Origin: a plasmid
DNA: 64,000 nucleotides
Direction: 5' to 3' (one strand)
Sequence record: NZ_CP072340.1
Position numbers and translations under genes: made by a program. Within the stretch, counting starts at the first letter, position 1. The number at the start of each line of letters is the position of its first letter. Positions 41,318 to 51,724 of this stretch are shown in pieces. The notes below the pieces were generated by a model. The model was given only the letters and a program-made list of their open reading frames with translations. It was not told the DNA's origin and did no database searches.

Positions 41318-41698
41318 ATGGAAATAATCGCAGTAGAAAGCCAAGCCTATCAGGAACTGATAGACAGGCTCAACCGAATAGAGCGGTATGTTGAGCGCAC
41401 TTCTCATCTTATCCAAGATATAGATGACGAGCTGGAGATGACAACCAAAGATCTTATCGGGACTCTGAATGTTTCAGAGTCCACCCTTTATCGCTGGCGC
41501 AAGAAACAGTTGGTACGGTATCGCTACACGGAGGGTGGCGATGTACGCTACTTCTTCAAGTCTATCGTGATAGCCACGAAATGTAACCGACTCCGTGTCT
41601 CAGGCATGAGAAACGACGAGGTTCTTGGTCGGCTCAACCGTTTTAAGGACAATCTCATCATAAGTTCATGTCTTAATCCTAAAAACCGACAACTATGA
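41318..41698 (+). CDS. Excisionase-like HTH_17 (MerR-type) DNA-binding protein.
   Basis: TKDLIGTLNVSESTLYRWRKKQLVRY is the canonical Xis/HTH_17 helix. It is typical of a small CTn accessory protein. Confidence 0.65.
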   Translation: MEIIAVESQAYQELIDRLNRIERYVERTSHLIQDIDDELEMTTKDLIGTLNVSESTLYRWRKKQLVRYRYTEGGDVRYFFKSIVIATKCNRLRVSGMRNDEVLGRLNRFKDNLIISSCLNPKNRQL

Positions 41699-43755
41699 TA
41701 GAAAAGGAACAGATTCTTTTGCTTACACAGGGAGGTCTGAATGTGTTTTCCCATTTCCTCGGCTTTGAGGTAAACCTTCATCGCAACTTCCGAAGCCCCT
41801 TCTATGACGACAGACGGGCTTCCTGCCATATCTACTACGACAGGAAAACTTCTTCTTACAAATTCTATGATCATGGCGATACCACCTATTCAGGGGATTG
41901 CTTCTGGTTTGTGGCAACCCTCCGTAACTTGAACCTGAAAACAAGTTTTCCCGAAGTCTTGGAAACTATTGTACAAGAACTTGGATTGTATTCTTTATGT
42001 GATGGTGAAAAGCATAGCAACCATATCACGTTATCATATAAAAGAACTATCGTTCCCACTCCTAAGGCTGATATAACCAAGTGTACGGAAGAACGTCCAT
42101 ACAGTTTTGAGATACAGCCTTTTGACGATGGACTGATGAACTATTGGGCGCATTATGGTATCCATGAAGATACACTTCGGCTTTTTCGTGTACGGAGTCT
42201 TAAACGGTATGATAGCGTATCAGCCGAAGGTAAGAAGTTTGAGCTTCACAGTTCGCCGACAGAACCGATATTCGCCTATATTGGAAATGGCTATGTCAAG
42301 ATATATCGCCCTCACAGTCCGAAAATCCGCTTTCTCTATGGCGGGCGGATGCCTATGACCTATTGTTTCGGCATGGAGCAGATTCCCACCAAAGGAGATA
42401 TGCTCTTCATTACAGGTGGGGAAAAAGATGTGCTCTCGTTGTATGCGCACGGGTTCAATGCAATCTGCTTCAACAGTGAAACGGCACAAATACCGGAAAG
42501 CATCATAGAGAGCCTTCAACTTCGCTTTCGGCATATCATTCTCTTGTATGATGCAGATGAGACGGGTGTACGGGAAGCGCATAGACAAGCTGAACATTTG
42601 GCAGAATACAAGGTATTGAATCTTACACTCCCACTTAGTGGAACCAAGGCGGAAAAGGACATTTCTGATTTCTTTGCCTTAGGCAACGGGGCGAAGGAAC
42701 TGAAAGAACTGCTTGCCAAGATGTTTACAGACCTATATAGCCAAACCATGATGATGCTTCGCTCCTGTGAGATTGACTACGACAATCCACCGGATATTTC
42801 CAAGACTGTGGTGGCTGTGAATGGTGTCCCTTTGGGAACGCAGGACAATCTGTTCTGCATTACCGGAGGTGAGGGTACGGGCAAGAGCAACTATGTAGGA
42901 GCCATCCTTGCCGGAGCTTTGGGGAATAAACGGCTGCCGATAGAGAAAACCTTGGGATTGGAGATTACCGCCAATCCCAAAGACTTGGCAGTCCTACATT
43001 ATGACACAGAACAGTCCGAGGCTCAACTGCACAAGAATCTGGGCAAGACATTGCGCCGGGCTTCATTGACGGCAGTACCGAAGTTTTACCATTCACTCTA
43101 CCTTGCCTCACTCTCTCGTAAGGACCGCTTGAAACTTATCCGTGAAAGTATGGACTTGTTCCATCACAAGCATGGTGGAATACACCTCGTTGTCATTGAT
43201 GGTATTGCTGATCTGATACGTTCTGCGAACGATGAAACGGAAAGTATAGCCATTGTTGACGAACTTTACCGCTTGGCAGGGATATACAATACTTGTATTA
43301 TCTGCGTATTGCACTTCGTGCCGAACGGCATCAAACTTCGGGGACATATCGGCTCGGAACTTCAACGTAAGGCGGCGGGTATCCTTTCCATAGAGAAAGA
43401 CGACAATCCCGAATACTCGGTCGTAAAGGCGTTGAAAGTGCGTGACGGAAGTCCGTTGGACGTACCGATGATGCTTTTCGGCTGGGACAAGGAAGAAGAC
43501 ATGCACGTCTATCGTGGTGAGAAGTCCAAGGAGGACAAGGAAAAACGCAAAACCGATGAGCTTATTGGCGTTGTCAAAGAAGCCTTCCGAAATTCTTTCA
43601 AGCTCACTTACCAAGAACTTTGTGAGGTTCTGATGCGAGAGATGGAAATCAAGGACAGGACCGCAAAGAAATATATTGCCTATATGAAAGAGCAGCGTAT
43701 TTTGATACAAGATACAAGTGGGAATTATCAAAAAGGAGAATTATGCCATACTTAG
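41695..43755 (+). CDS. Bifunctional DNA primase (Toprim) / P-loop helicase-like protein of the conjugative element.
   Basis: Toprim acidic motifs ([23 protein letters not shown]) are followed by a P-loop [16 protein letters not shown] and a RecA/DnaB-like ATPase region. 686 aa. Confidence 0.7.
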   Translation: MIEKEQILLLTQGGLNVFSHFLGFEVNLHRNFRSPFYDDRRASCHIYYDRKTSSYKFYDHGDTTYSGDCFWFVATLRNLNLKTSFPEVLETIVQELGLYSLCDGEKHSNHITLSYKRTIVPTPKADITKCTEERPYSFEIQPFDDGLMNYWAHYGIHEDTLRLFRVRSLKRYDSVSAEGKKFELHSSPTEPIFAYIGNGYVKIYRPHSPKIRFLYGGRMPMTYCFGMEQIPTKGDMLFITGGEKDVLSLYAHGFNAICFNSETAQIPESIIESLQLRFRHIILLYDADETGVREAHRQAEHLAEYKVLNLTLPLSGTKAEKDISDFFALGNGAKELKELLAKMFTDLYSQTMMMLRSCEIDYDNPPDISKTVVAVNGVPLGTQDNLFCITGGEGTGKSNYVGAILAGALGNKRLPIEKTLGLEITANPKDLAVLHYDTEQSEAQLHKNLGKTLRRASLTAVPKFYHSLYLASLSRKDRLKLIRESMDLFHHKHGGIHLVVIDGIADLIRSANDETESIAIVDELYRLAGIYNTCIICVLHFVPNGIKLRGHIGSELQRKAAGILSIEKDDNPEYSVVKALKVRDGSPLDVPMMLFGWDKEEDMHVYRGEKSKEDKEKRKTDELIGVVKEAFRNSFKLTYQELCEVLMREMEIKDRTAKKYIAYMKEQRILIQDTSGNYQKGELCHT

Positions 43756-44051
43756 ATCAACAGCCAGAAGATACATGGCAGAAACGCCTGTTTGATAAAC
43801 TGAAGAATATGGAAGACAAGCTCGACCGTCTGCTTGTCCTACGGGAACAAGAAGTAGATACGACCATTCACCCTCCATTGAAACCCGAATACTTGGATAT
43901 CATAGATGTCTCCAAAATTTTGAAGGTGGAACAAAAGACCATTTACAACTGGGTTTGGGCTGGAAAAATTCCTTATCTTAAAGCCAATGGCAGATTACTT
44001 TTCCTTCGGAAAGAGATAGATGAAATGCTACGGAAACAAGGGAACTGGTAG
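43743..44051 (+). CDS. Excisionase-like HTH_17 DNA-binding protein.
   Basis: [40 protein letters not shown] is an Xis-type HTH_17 motif. It overlaps the primase stop. Confidence 0.65.
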   Translation: MPYLDQQPEDTWQKRLFDKLKNMEDKLDRLLVLREQEVDTTIHPPLKPEYLDIIDVSKILKVEQKTIYNWVWAGKIPYLKANGRLLFLRKEIDEMLRKQGNW

Positions 44052-44056
44052 GCACC

Positions 44057-44111
44057 CGTTCATTATTTAATGCTTGTTCAATTTTGTTGAACAAGCATTA
44101 AATAATGAACG
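44057..44111. promoter_or_regulatory. Perfect 25-bp inverted repeat (CGTTCATTATTTAATGCTTGTTCAA-TTTTG-TTGAACAAGCATTAAATAATGAACG). Terminator and/or operator for the downstream three-gene operon.
   Basis: Read directly. Four further TGTTCA/TTGAACA motifs follow at 44134 to 44189, including the palindrome GTTCAATCCTATTGAAC at 44153..44169. They are interleaved with a TATCTTTG -7 box at 44141..44148, ending just before the ATG at 44192. Confidence 0.65.
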
Positions 44112-44140
44112 AAAAAATTTGCAGTTTGATTTTTGTTCAC

Positions 44141-44148
44141 TATCTTTG
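44141..44148 (+). promoter_or_regulatory. Candidate -7 promoter element TATCTTTG for the wHTH/NTase/PP2C operon.
   Basis: An exact TAnnTTTG match about 44 bp upstream of ATG 44192, flanked by TGTTCA-type repeats. Confidence 0.35.
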
Positions 44149-44191
44149 CAGTGTTCAATCCTATTGAACGACTATAAATATTGAACAAGAT

Positions 44192-45193
44192 ATGTACGGA
44201 ATACAGATTATAGATCAGGCGGTTAGTGCGATAAGGAGACAGTGGGAGGATTCTCAAGATGTCATAATCGATGCGCTTCAGCCGGAAACGCCTTCGATGG
44301 AACAATACGTCAGAATTATGGGCATAGAGTTCCGATGCCTTGTTGAAAATGAGATAAATGGAACAAATATCCTGCGCATTGAAGAAAAATCAAAGAGCTG
44401 TATGGGGACCTACAAGGGACCTGTCATATTGGTTGCAAGATATGTACAGCCATCTGTCTATGGAACTTTGCGTAAAATGGAACTTAACTTTGCTGACACG
44501 GCAGGTAACTACAATATACAGTACACGAAGGGCAGGAAAGTGATATTCCACCTTTCTCACACAGGGGAGAAAGTCCCTGTGAATAACAACAAAAACTATC
44601 CTATATTCCAAGAAGCAGGCCTGAAGGTAATCTTTTATCTCTTGCAAGCTCCTGAGAATGTGGGCAAATCTTTTCGGGAAATCAAGGAGTATAGTGGAGT
44701 TTCGATAGGTACTGTCAAAAATGTGATTGATGAATTGGAAGTCCGTAAGTTTATTCTCGTAACTCAGAAGAAAAGAGTTCTGAAAAAACGTCGTCTTTTG
44801 CTTGATTTATGGTCGGAAAACTATCGTCAGATATTAAAGCCCAAGTTGCTGTTGAAGCAGCTGGATTTTCGCACACCGGAACAAAAAGAAAAATGGGAAG
44901 AAATAGCATTGCCAAATGGTATGTTATGGGGTGGAGAGTGTGCATCTAATTTATTGAATGGTTACCTTACTCCGGAACTTTTTGAACTCTATACAGAGAC
45001 ACCTTTCTCCAATCTGATGAAGACCGGCGCAACACGGACTACCGAAGGAGTTATTTATATATATCAGAAGTTTTGGAAAGGCGATGTAATGCCCTGCATT
45101 TTGATATATGCCGATTTAGTAAGTAGCGGAGACAGCCGTTGTATTGAAGCTGCAAATAAATTATTAAAAGATGAACTTTCAGATTTCGAGTAA
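44192..45193 (+). CDS. Hypothetical protein with a central winged-HTH domain. Candidate antitoxin/regulator partner of the downstream nucleotidyltransferase.
   Basis: 333 aa. wHTH-like segment LLQAPENVGKSFREIKEYSGVSIGTVKNVIDELEVRKFI. No enzymatic motif. The stop overlaps the next gene's start by 23 nt. Confidence 0.5.
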   Translation: MYGIQIIDQAVSAIRRQWEDSQDVIIDALQPETPSMEQYVRIMGIEFRCLVENEINGTNILRIEEKSKSCMGTYKGPVILVARYVQPSVYGTLRKMELNFADTAGNYNIQYTKGRKVIFHLSHTGEKVPVNNNKNYPIFQEAGLKVIFYLLQAPENVGKSFREIKEYSGVSIGTVKNVIDELEVRKFILVTQKKRVLKKRRLLLDLWSENYRQILKPKLLLKQLDFRTPEQKEKWEEIALPNGMLWGGECASNLLNGYLTPELFELYTETPFSNLMKTGATRTTEGVIYIYQKFWKGDVMPCILIYADLVSSGDSRCIEAANKLLKDELSDFE

Positions 45194-46025
45194 GAAGATT
45201 GGCAACCCCCTGTTGGTTGAACTGCTAAGAAAAGTCAGTCATTGTTTTGCTGAGATTGGGCAGGATTTCTTTGTTATCGGGGCTACTGCGCGAGATATTT
45301 TAATTCGGCAGTTAGTAGGTATAAGTTCAGGGAGAAAGACGAGGGATTTAGACCTCGCCATAGCCATTCCCGATTGGAATGCATTCGAAGAGATTAAGCG
45401 GGCATTATTAGCACGAGGGTTTCAAAAAGACGGACAGATGTATCAACGGTTCTATGATGGCGACTACGAAATTGACATAGTACCATACGGAGATATAGAA
45501 AGAGAAGATGGATACATATACTGGCCTCCTGAGGAGGATATAGCTATGTCCGTTAAGGGGTTTGCTGATGTGCTGAGTGATGCTATTACCGTAACGATTG
45601 ACAATGAATTCGACATCAAGATAGCATCGTTGCATGGATTATTTGTATTGAAGTTCAATGCTTGGTTAGACAGGAATATCCAAACGAATAAAGATGCCGT
45701 AGATATGGCATTCATTCTGGAAAACTATTTCATTGCTAACTTGAATAGGAACTTGCATGCAGAAGTGTATGATTGGGAAGACTTTGATGAGATTGTTGTC
45801 GGAGCTTATTGGCTTGCTTATGACATTGTCGGATTTCTATCAAAAGAGCATCTTTGCCACTATGAGCAATGTCTGCGGAATGAGATAGAGAAAAGAGAAA
45901 ATAGCAGGCTGATACAACAGGTTATAGATAGTAGCAGTGTTTTTTCTTATGAGAAACTGCTCCTCGCATTTCAAAAAATGATTGCCGTATTTGATAAAGT
46001 TTTGCATGGTGAAGATCCAGATTGA
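45171..46025 (+). CDS. Pol-beta-superfamily nucleotidyltransferase (AbiEii/DUF1814-like or minimal NTase).
   Basis: The NTase fold motif hG[GS]x9-13Dh[DE]h is present as FVIGATARDILIRQLVGISSGRKTRDLDLAIAI. The third acidic residue is in YEIDIVPYGDIE. 284 aa. It overlaps both neighbouring genes. Confidence 0.6.
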   Translation: MNFQISSKKIGNPLLVELLRKVSHCFAEIGQDFFVIGATARDILIRQLVGISSGRKTRDLDLAIAIPDWNAFEEIKRALLARGFQKDGQMYQRFYDGDYEIDIVPYGDIEREDGYIYWPPEEDIAMSVKGFADVLSDAITVTIDNEFDIKIASLHGLFVLKFNAWLDRNIQTNKDAVDMAFILENYFIANLNRNLHAEVYDWEDFDEIVVGAYWLAYDIVGFLSKEHLCHYEQCLRNEIEKRENSRLIQQVIDSSSVFSYEKLLLAFQKMIAVFDKVLHGEDPD

Positions 46026-46641
46026 AAGCTTAAGTATTCCGGCTGGTAAAGAAAATGGAGATTACATTCTCCAACGAGAATTGCCTAATGGAGCAACACT
46101 CATTCTACTTGCAGATGGGATGGGTGGTTTGTCATTGCCGGAAAGTGCTTCAAAAATTGTTTGCGAAGCTATCTCAGAATATTTCGTAAAAACCGATATA
46201 ATTGATTGTACGGAACATATCCTCAGGAGCATCAAATATGCTGATGAGCGTCTGGCTGCTTTTTGCAAGGAGAAGAAATCCAAGATGGGTGCGGCTTTAC
46301 TTCTTGTATATATCAGTGATGCTATGCTCTTCTACACATCTTTGGGAGATGTGCGCCTATACTATCGAGACAAACAAGGAGAAGTAATTCAACTAACAAA
46401 CGATGATACCATTATGCAAGGAGCAGACACTTATCTGACAGCTTGCATTGCGGGAAGAGGTTTTAGAAACCCCATTCAGGTTCAACGTTTGCCATTGAAT
46501 ATGGGTGATTCTCTGCTGCTTTGTAGTGATGGCTATTACAAAGTTCATGATATTCCCCATTGTTTTCACCATAAAGAGCAGACACCTCCAACATTGGTAG
46601 ATGACGACAGCTCTGTTGTCAGAATAGAAATTATACAATGA
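45982..46641 (+). CDS. PP2C-family Ser/Thr protein phosphatase.
   Basis: Metal-binding PP2C signatures LLADGMGG near the N-terminus and LLLCSDGYYKV near the C-terminus. 219 aa (or 211 aa from the Met at 46006). Confidence 0.7.
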   Translation: MPYLIKFCMVKIQIESLSIPAGKENGDYILQRELPNGATLILLADGMGGLSLPESASKIVCEAISEYFVKTDIIDCTEHILRSIKYADERLAAFCKEKKSKMGAALLLVYISDAMLFYTSLGDVRLYYRDKQGEVIQLTNDDTIMQGADTYLTACIAGRGFRNPIQVQRLPLNMGDSLLLCSDGYYKVHDIPHCFHHKEQTPPTLVDDDSSVVRIEIIQ

Positions 46642-46727
46642 ATCTGTCAAATTCTCTGATACGGTTTCTCAAAAGCGTCAAACACTTTATTTCAAGTACT
46701 TGGCGCTTTTCGATACAATAAGACATT

Positions 46728-48320
46728 CTACATCTTCCACTTTGGTTTTGAGATAATAACTTTGCTCGTAATGTCATTGTTGTCGGATACATTCTGCTGA
46801 CTATTGTTCTTGGGAGATGTGGGCAAAGGTATGTTGTCTGTGTTTTTTGAGAATGAATTCTTATAAGAACGGGGTTCTGATATATCATCTACTGATTTAC
46901 TTTGCTGTATGGCACCATGCTGTGCCTCTTGCCCTATATCCTCTTTTTCCTCCTCCGGTGGAGCAAGGGTAAGTGCAATTCGCCTATCCAGTTCGGCTGC
47001 CTCGCCTTTGAGCGTGCGAAGCTCTTCTTCCTTTTTCCAAGAGCTGCCCGCAATGTTGGTGTAAACGTCTTTATTGGCTGCGACCTTTTCCATCTCCTTT
47101 TCGTGCGACTCTATTACCTTCGGGATACGCTCCAAGGCATTGATAAAGTTCTGGCAAGCAAGTTTCGGATCGGATGCCAGCTTACCGTTATTATAGGTAT
47201 AGTAGATACTCTCCTGCCCCTTCACAAAGAAACGATTTACAGAGCAATCAAACAAGTCCTTGGAAGTGCTCTCCGTCTTAACCATAATAGAAAAGCCATA
47301 AATCTCACCGATTTTGTTGTATTCCCCCTTGGTGCGTGCTTTCTCGTCTATTTCCTGCAGACGTGCAGCAATGGCCTTGATATCGGTGCTGTCTTCCACA
47401 CCTTTGATAGTCAGCTTATTGATAGGCACACCTTCCTCATCACGCTCCACACGCTTCTCAAAGAGAGCCAAGTCAGACTGTGCCTCCTTGACTTTGTCTG
47501 TATGGAAAGACACGGAACTCTCAATCTCTGCCAGCTTGCCCGTTGCGGCATCACGCTCACGGAGAAAGTTCTTGCGCTCTGATTCCAAGGTGGTAATCTT
47601 CTTATCCAATCTTGCTTTTTCCAAAAGGTCGGTATTGCCTGAAAGTACTGCTACATATTCTGAAAAGTTCATACCGCTGTCCTCGTCCATCGATCCCTCG
47701 TCAATGGTACGGCTCCCTAAAGTGTTCGTCTTTAACTGGTTGATGAAAAGCTGCTTGTTGTGCAGCAGGTTGAACTTGTAACTGTCCAACGAGCGTTCCA
47801 CGGCATAAATAATCACATCGACCTTGTTGTCGGCAAACTCCTTGGCAACAAGATTACCTTTACGGATGGCACGCCCGTTACGCTGCTCTAAGTCCGATGG
47901 TCGCCACGGCGTGTCAAGTTGATGGACCGCTACTGCCCGCTGCTGGGCATTCACACCTGTGCCCAACATGGACGTAGAACCGAAGATAATGCGAATATCA
48001 CCACGGTTCATCGCATCTACCATTGCCTTCTTTGCTTTCTCGTTCTTGCACTCCTGAATGAAGCGTATCTCATAAGATGGAATATGATAGTCTTCTACCA
48101 ACTTTCTCTTGATTTCCGAATAGATATTGAAGTCTCCACCAGGCTTGTAAGTACCCAAGTCTGAGAAAACAAACTGCGTTCCTTTCTGTGCATCGTACTT
48201 TTGGTAATAGTCATTGAGCATTTTGGCACAGTGACTTGCCTTGTTGTCGATATGATCTGAGTAAGCATTTTCATCAATCATGCGTAAATCAAGGCTCATC
48301 TTCCTCGCATAATCAGTCAT
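46728..48320 (-). CDS. C-terminal fragment of the CTn N6-methylase/SNF2-family helicase (helicase C domain plus a coiled-coil tail).
   Basis: Helicase motifs IV-VI (IIFGSTSMLGTGVNAQQ, VHQLDTPWRPSDLEQRNGRAIRKGN). The protein begins MTDYARK..., the same six residues with which the 59727.. fragment ends (...[16 protein letters not shown]). Confidence 0.75.
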   Translation of the reverse strand: MTDYARKMSLDLRMIDENAYSDHIDNKASHCAKMLNDYYQKYDAQKGTQFVFSDLGTYKPGGDFNIYSEIKRKLVEDYHIPSYEIRFIQECKNEKAKKAMVDAMNRGDIRIIFGSTSMLGTGVNAQQRAVAVHQLDTPWRPSDLEQRNGRAIRKGNLVAKEFADNKVDVIIYAVERSLDSYKFNLLHNKQLFINQLKTNTLGSRTIDEGSMDEDSGMNFSEYVAVLSGNTDLLEKARLDKKITTLESERKNFLRERDAATGKLAEIESSVSFHTDKVKEAQSDLALFEKRVERDEEGVPINKLTIKGVEDSTDIKAIAARLQEIDEKARTKGEYNKIGEIYGFSIMVKTESTSKDLFDCSVNRFFVKGQESIYYTYNNGKLASDPKLACQNFINALERIPKVIESHEKEMEKVAANKDVYTNIAGSSWKKEEELRTLKGEAAELDRRIALTLAPPEEEKEDIGQEAQHGAIQQSKSVDDISEPRSYKNSFSKNTDNIPLPTSPKNNSQQNVSDNNDITSKVIISKPKWKM

Positions 48321-48610
48321 TAAGAATTAAGGGAAATAGGGGGAAACGCAAGGAATGTAACTATTTGAAATAATATCATTTAGCATTTTCTTACTATTTT
48401 GAGGGTAAGCAAGAACGAGCATCAAACGGCAGGAGTTCCGTTACCAAATCGTAACCCATCAGGGAAAAAGCAAAAAGGGGTTACGAATTGAATGTAAACA
48501 ACTGTGTCATAGGTTTTTATTCTTCATCTTTCATTATTCTGCATCGCTCAGGAATACTTGTTCGTATGTACCTTTGCAAGCAAAGGAAATTTAGAAAAAA
48601 CGACAGAAAA

Positions 48611-49831
48611 ATGAAAGAAAACAAACTCAAAGTATCGTTCTTCGTTCAGGCGAAACGAACCGACAAGAAAGGACTTGTGCCTGTCATTGGGCGAATCTCC
48701 GTTGGCAGAACCCATTCGGGCTTCTCCACCAAGTGTAAGACTCCGCTCGCTCTTTGGGACAGCCGTAAGCAACGGCTCATCGGTAAGAGCAGCATGGCTG
48801 TGTCCGTCAATCAGAAACTCGGCGAATGCACCGCACTTATCCACGCACGCTTTCACGAACTCAGTGAAAGGAAAGAAACTTTCACAGCCACAGACGTGAG
48901 GGATGCCTATCAAGGACAAATCCACCGCCAAACCCTGCTCTTGGAGAGTTTCGGGGAGTATCTCACACAGACAAAGGAGCGCATAGGCATTGATAGAGCT
49001 TTAAAGACATTCAAACTCCGTACCTACCAGCTATCCCTGCTTCGTGAGTATGTGCAGAAGAAGCACAAAGTAAGCGACATTCCACTCTCACAGCTGGACA
49101 AAGCATTTATCGAGGGCTTCGAGTATTATCTCACCATTGACCGAAAGCTGAAACGCAGCAGCGTATCGAGTGCCTTATCCACCTTGCAGACCATCGTCCG
49201 CATGGCGGTAAAGAAAGGTGTGCTGGACTTCTATCCTTTTTTGGGATACAGTTACGAGCGACCAAAGGGTGAACCAAGAAGCATTACGCAGGAAGAACTT
49301 GAGCGCATCATCGAGTTGAAGATTGAATGGGAGAACTATCGTATTGTCCGTGATTTGTTCGTCTTCTCCTGCTTTTCAGGGCTTGCCATCTCCGATGTCC
49401 GCAATCTGAGAGAGGAAAACATTGTCTTGGAAGAAGGCGAACTCTGCATCAAGGGCAGCCGAATGAAGACCAAAACTCCGTATCGTGTACAGGTACTTCC
49501 TCCTGCTTGGGCGATAATGGAGCGTTACAGAGGAAAGCGTGCAGGCTTTGTCTTTGACGTACCGACTACCGACATTATCCTCAATGGCATGCACCACATA
49601 CAGAGAAACATCGGCATGGAAAGTCCGCTGACCTTCCACATGGCTCGGCACACCTTTGCGTCGCTAATCACACTCTCGGCAGGTGTACCTATCGAAACGG
49701 TGAGCCGTATGCTCGGACACACCAACCTGAGAACAACACAGGTATATGCAGCGGTTTCCTCCGAAAGAATCCATCGGGACATGCAGATAGTGCAGCAGCG
49801 CATACAAGATACATTCACCTTAAAACTTTGA
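48611..49831 (+). CDS. Tyrosine-type integrase (IntDOT-like), first of the second tandem pair.
   Basis: MKENKLKVSFFVQAKRTDKKGLVPVIGRISVGR is collinear with the 37976 integrase. C-terminus HMARHTFASL..., LGHTNLRTTQVYAAV. The track start at 48488 is probably too early. Confidence 0.85.
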   Translation: MKENKLKVSFFVQAKRTDKKGLVPVIGRISVGRTHSGFSTKCKTPLALWDSRKQRLIGKSSMAVSVNQKLGECTALIHARFHELSERKETFTATDVRDAYQGQIHRQTLLLESFGEYLTQTKERIGIDRALKTFKLRTYQLSLLREYVQKKHKVSDIPLSQLDKAFIEGFEYYLTIDRKLKRSSVSSALSTLQTIVRMAVKKGVLDFYPFLGYSYERPKGEPRSITQEELERIIELKIEWENYRIVRDLFVFSCFSGLAISDVRNLREENIVLEEGELCIKGSRMKTKTPYRVQVLPPAWAIMERYRGKRAGFVFDVPTTDIILNGMHHIQRNIGMESPLTFHMARHTFASLITLSAGVPIETVSRMLGHTNLRTTQVYAAVSSERIHRDMQIVQQRIQDTFTLKL

Positions 49832-49835
49832 CCTC

Positions 49836-51104
49836 ATGACACGTAGTACATTCAAGACACTCTTTTATATCAATCGCTCCAAAGAGAAAAAGAACGGCAA
49901 ATGCCCGATTATGGGACGCATCACCATAGACGGTGAGCAGGTGCAATACAGCACGGGCAAGGAAATCGCTCCCGAACTTTGGGACAGTCGTAAGGGACGA
50001 TGCAAGGGTATAGGCGAAGAGACAAAGGAAATCAACCGCTATTTACAAAGCAAAGAGGAACAAGCCAAAGCGAAGTATCAAGAATTAGTCTGGCAACGTG
50101 GCTATATTACCGCTGAGTTGCTGAAGCGTGAACTCATGGAAGAAGACAAGCCCAAAGGTTTTCTTATGGAGGAAGCACGACTTTTCATAGAGGAAAAGCG
50201 TCCTTGCGTAGGAATAACGGTAGCCAAGCCGACCTTTGCCAACTACATCTATGCCACACAACTCATTGAGGCTTATTTGCGTGAACGCTTGGGGCTGGAG
50301 GATATTCGCTACTCATCGCTTGACTATGGTTTCATCGAGGGGCTGGACTTCTATCTTAAATCAGAGCGCAAACTCTCCCTTGCCACCATTCAGATTGTTG
50401 TCATTTTCCTGAGGAAACTCATCGGCATAGGTCAGCAGAAGAAGTATATCCGCATCGATCCGTTTGCAGACTACAAAGCAGAACTTCCACACCGCACAAG
50501 ACGTTATCTCACTACGGAGGAACTACAACGAGTATTGCAAACACCCATCATTGACAGACAATTCGAGCGAGCAAGGCAACTATTCCTTTTCTGTGCCTTC
50601 ACCGGTTTGGCTCGTGTAGATATGCAACGGCTCAAACCGAAGCATATCATCTATAATGCTGACGGCACGGCGGAAATCCGCATCAAAAGGCAGAAAACAG
50701 ACGTGGAAGCCATCATTCCACTCCTGCCCATTGCCACGCAAATCCTTTCGCTCTATATCAAGGACAAGAAAGCAGACGACTTGATATTCCCCAATCTCAC
50801 AATAAGGAAAGCATCCTTTGCGTGTGTGAACATCGGGCAGATATGCCGGATAGAGAAAGGCTTGACCTTTCACATGGCTCGCCACACATTCTCAACCACG
50901 ATTTGCCTTTCCAACGGCATCTCAATGGAAACGCTCAGCAAGATGCTCGGACACAGCAATATAGGTACGACACAAATCTACGGAAAGATAACCGACCACA
51001 AGATACAAGAGGATATGACCGCACTCACTGACAGGGAGCATTCTGTATTTGAGGGTTATTGTGAGTCGATAGCACGGCAGAACGTTCCATTGCAACAAGC
51101 ATAA
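49836..51104 (+). CDS. Tyrosine-type integrase, second of the second tandem pair.
   Basis: MTRSTFKTLFYINRSKEKKNGKCPIMGRITIDG is collinear with the 39234 integrase. C-terminus HMARHTFSTT..., LGHSNIGTTQIYGKI. Confidence 0.85.
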   Translation: MTRSTFKTLFYINRSKEKKNGKCPIMGRITIDGEQVQYSTGKEIAPELWDSRKGRCKGIGEETKEINRYLQSKEEQAKAKYQELVWQRGYITAELLKRELMEEDKPKGFLMEEARLFIEEKRPCVGITVAKPTFANYIYATQLIEAYLRERLGLEDIRYSSLDYGFIEGLDFYLKSERKLSLATIQIVVIFLRKLIGIGQQKKYIRIDPFADYKAELPHRTRRYLTTEELQRVLQTPIIDRQFERARQLFLFCAFTGLARVDMQRLKPKHIIYNADGTAEIRIKRQKTDVEAIIPLLPIATQILSLYIKDKKADDLIFPNLTIRKASFACVNIGQICRIEKGLTFHMARHTFSTTICLSNGISMETLSKMLGHSNIGTTQIYGKITDHKIQEDMTALTDREHSVFEGYCESIARQNVPLQQA

Positions 51105-51156
51105 AAAGGAAGTAATTACCAAACATTTATTATTCACGATTGAAAACCAAACGATT

Positions 51157-51624
51157 ATGAAAGAGAACAACAAACAGGAACTTTCTTACTTTCGATTGAA
51201 ATTAAGAAGTTATATGAGTGAGCATCACCCCGAAAAATTGCACGACACGGAGTTTATCACCACACGAGCAGACATGGCTCTCACTGCCTACTGCGATGCT
51301 GTGGCACAAGGTTTTTCGCACCTCGAAGCAGAGAACATAGCAAGTGAGGTGTTGTATCAAGGTTTGCACTTTTCCAAGTACGACACGCTTGTTTCTGTCT
51401 TAGAGAACGAGTTTGAGAGGGAACTGCCTGCACCACTCCCTGAGAAGCTTGCACCCATATTGTTGTCGAATGAGGCTGTTCAAGCCACATTCGACAAGTT
51501 CGGTTTGACGGACACATTTGCTTCTGACGAGCAATACGACCGTCTTTACACCGAACTCACAGGCACGATTGTGCTGCTCATCGAGAGCAATCATTTGCCA
51601 ATAATCGGTCAGACGGAGGGGTAA
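51157..51624 (+). CDS. Conserved hypothetical protein of Bacteroidales integrative elements (DUF1896-like).
   Basis: 155 aa, acidic and helical. The position directly after the integrases is the typical one for DUF1896. The family assignment is from memory of the architecture, not from motif proof. Confidence 0.45.
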   Translation: MKENNKQELSYFRLKLRSYMSEHHPEKLHDTEFITTRADMALTAYCDAVAQGFSHLEAENIASEVLYQGLHFSKYDTLVSVLENEFERELPAPLPEKLAPILLSNEAVQATFDKFGLTDTFASDEQYDRLYTELTGTIVLLIESNHLPIIGQTEG

Positions 51625-51724
51625 GTCCAAAGGCGTTGTAAGCAAAGGCACACGCAAAGTCCCTGATGCCGTTTCTTATCGTGCAAAGGTACAACGGCAG
51701 CTAATCTGCCCTGACAAGGTCAAG

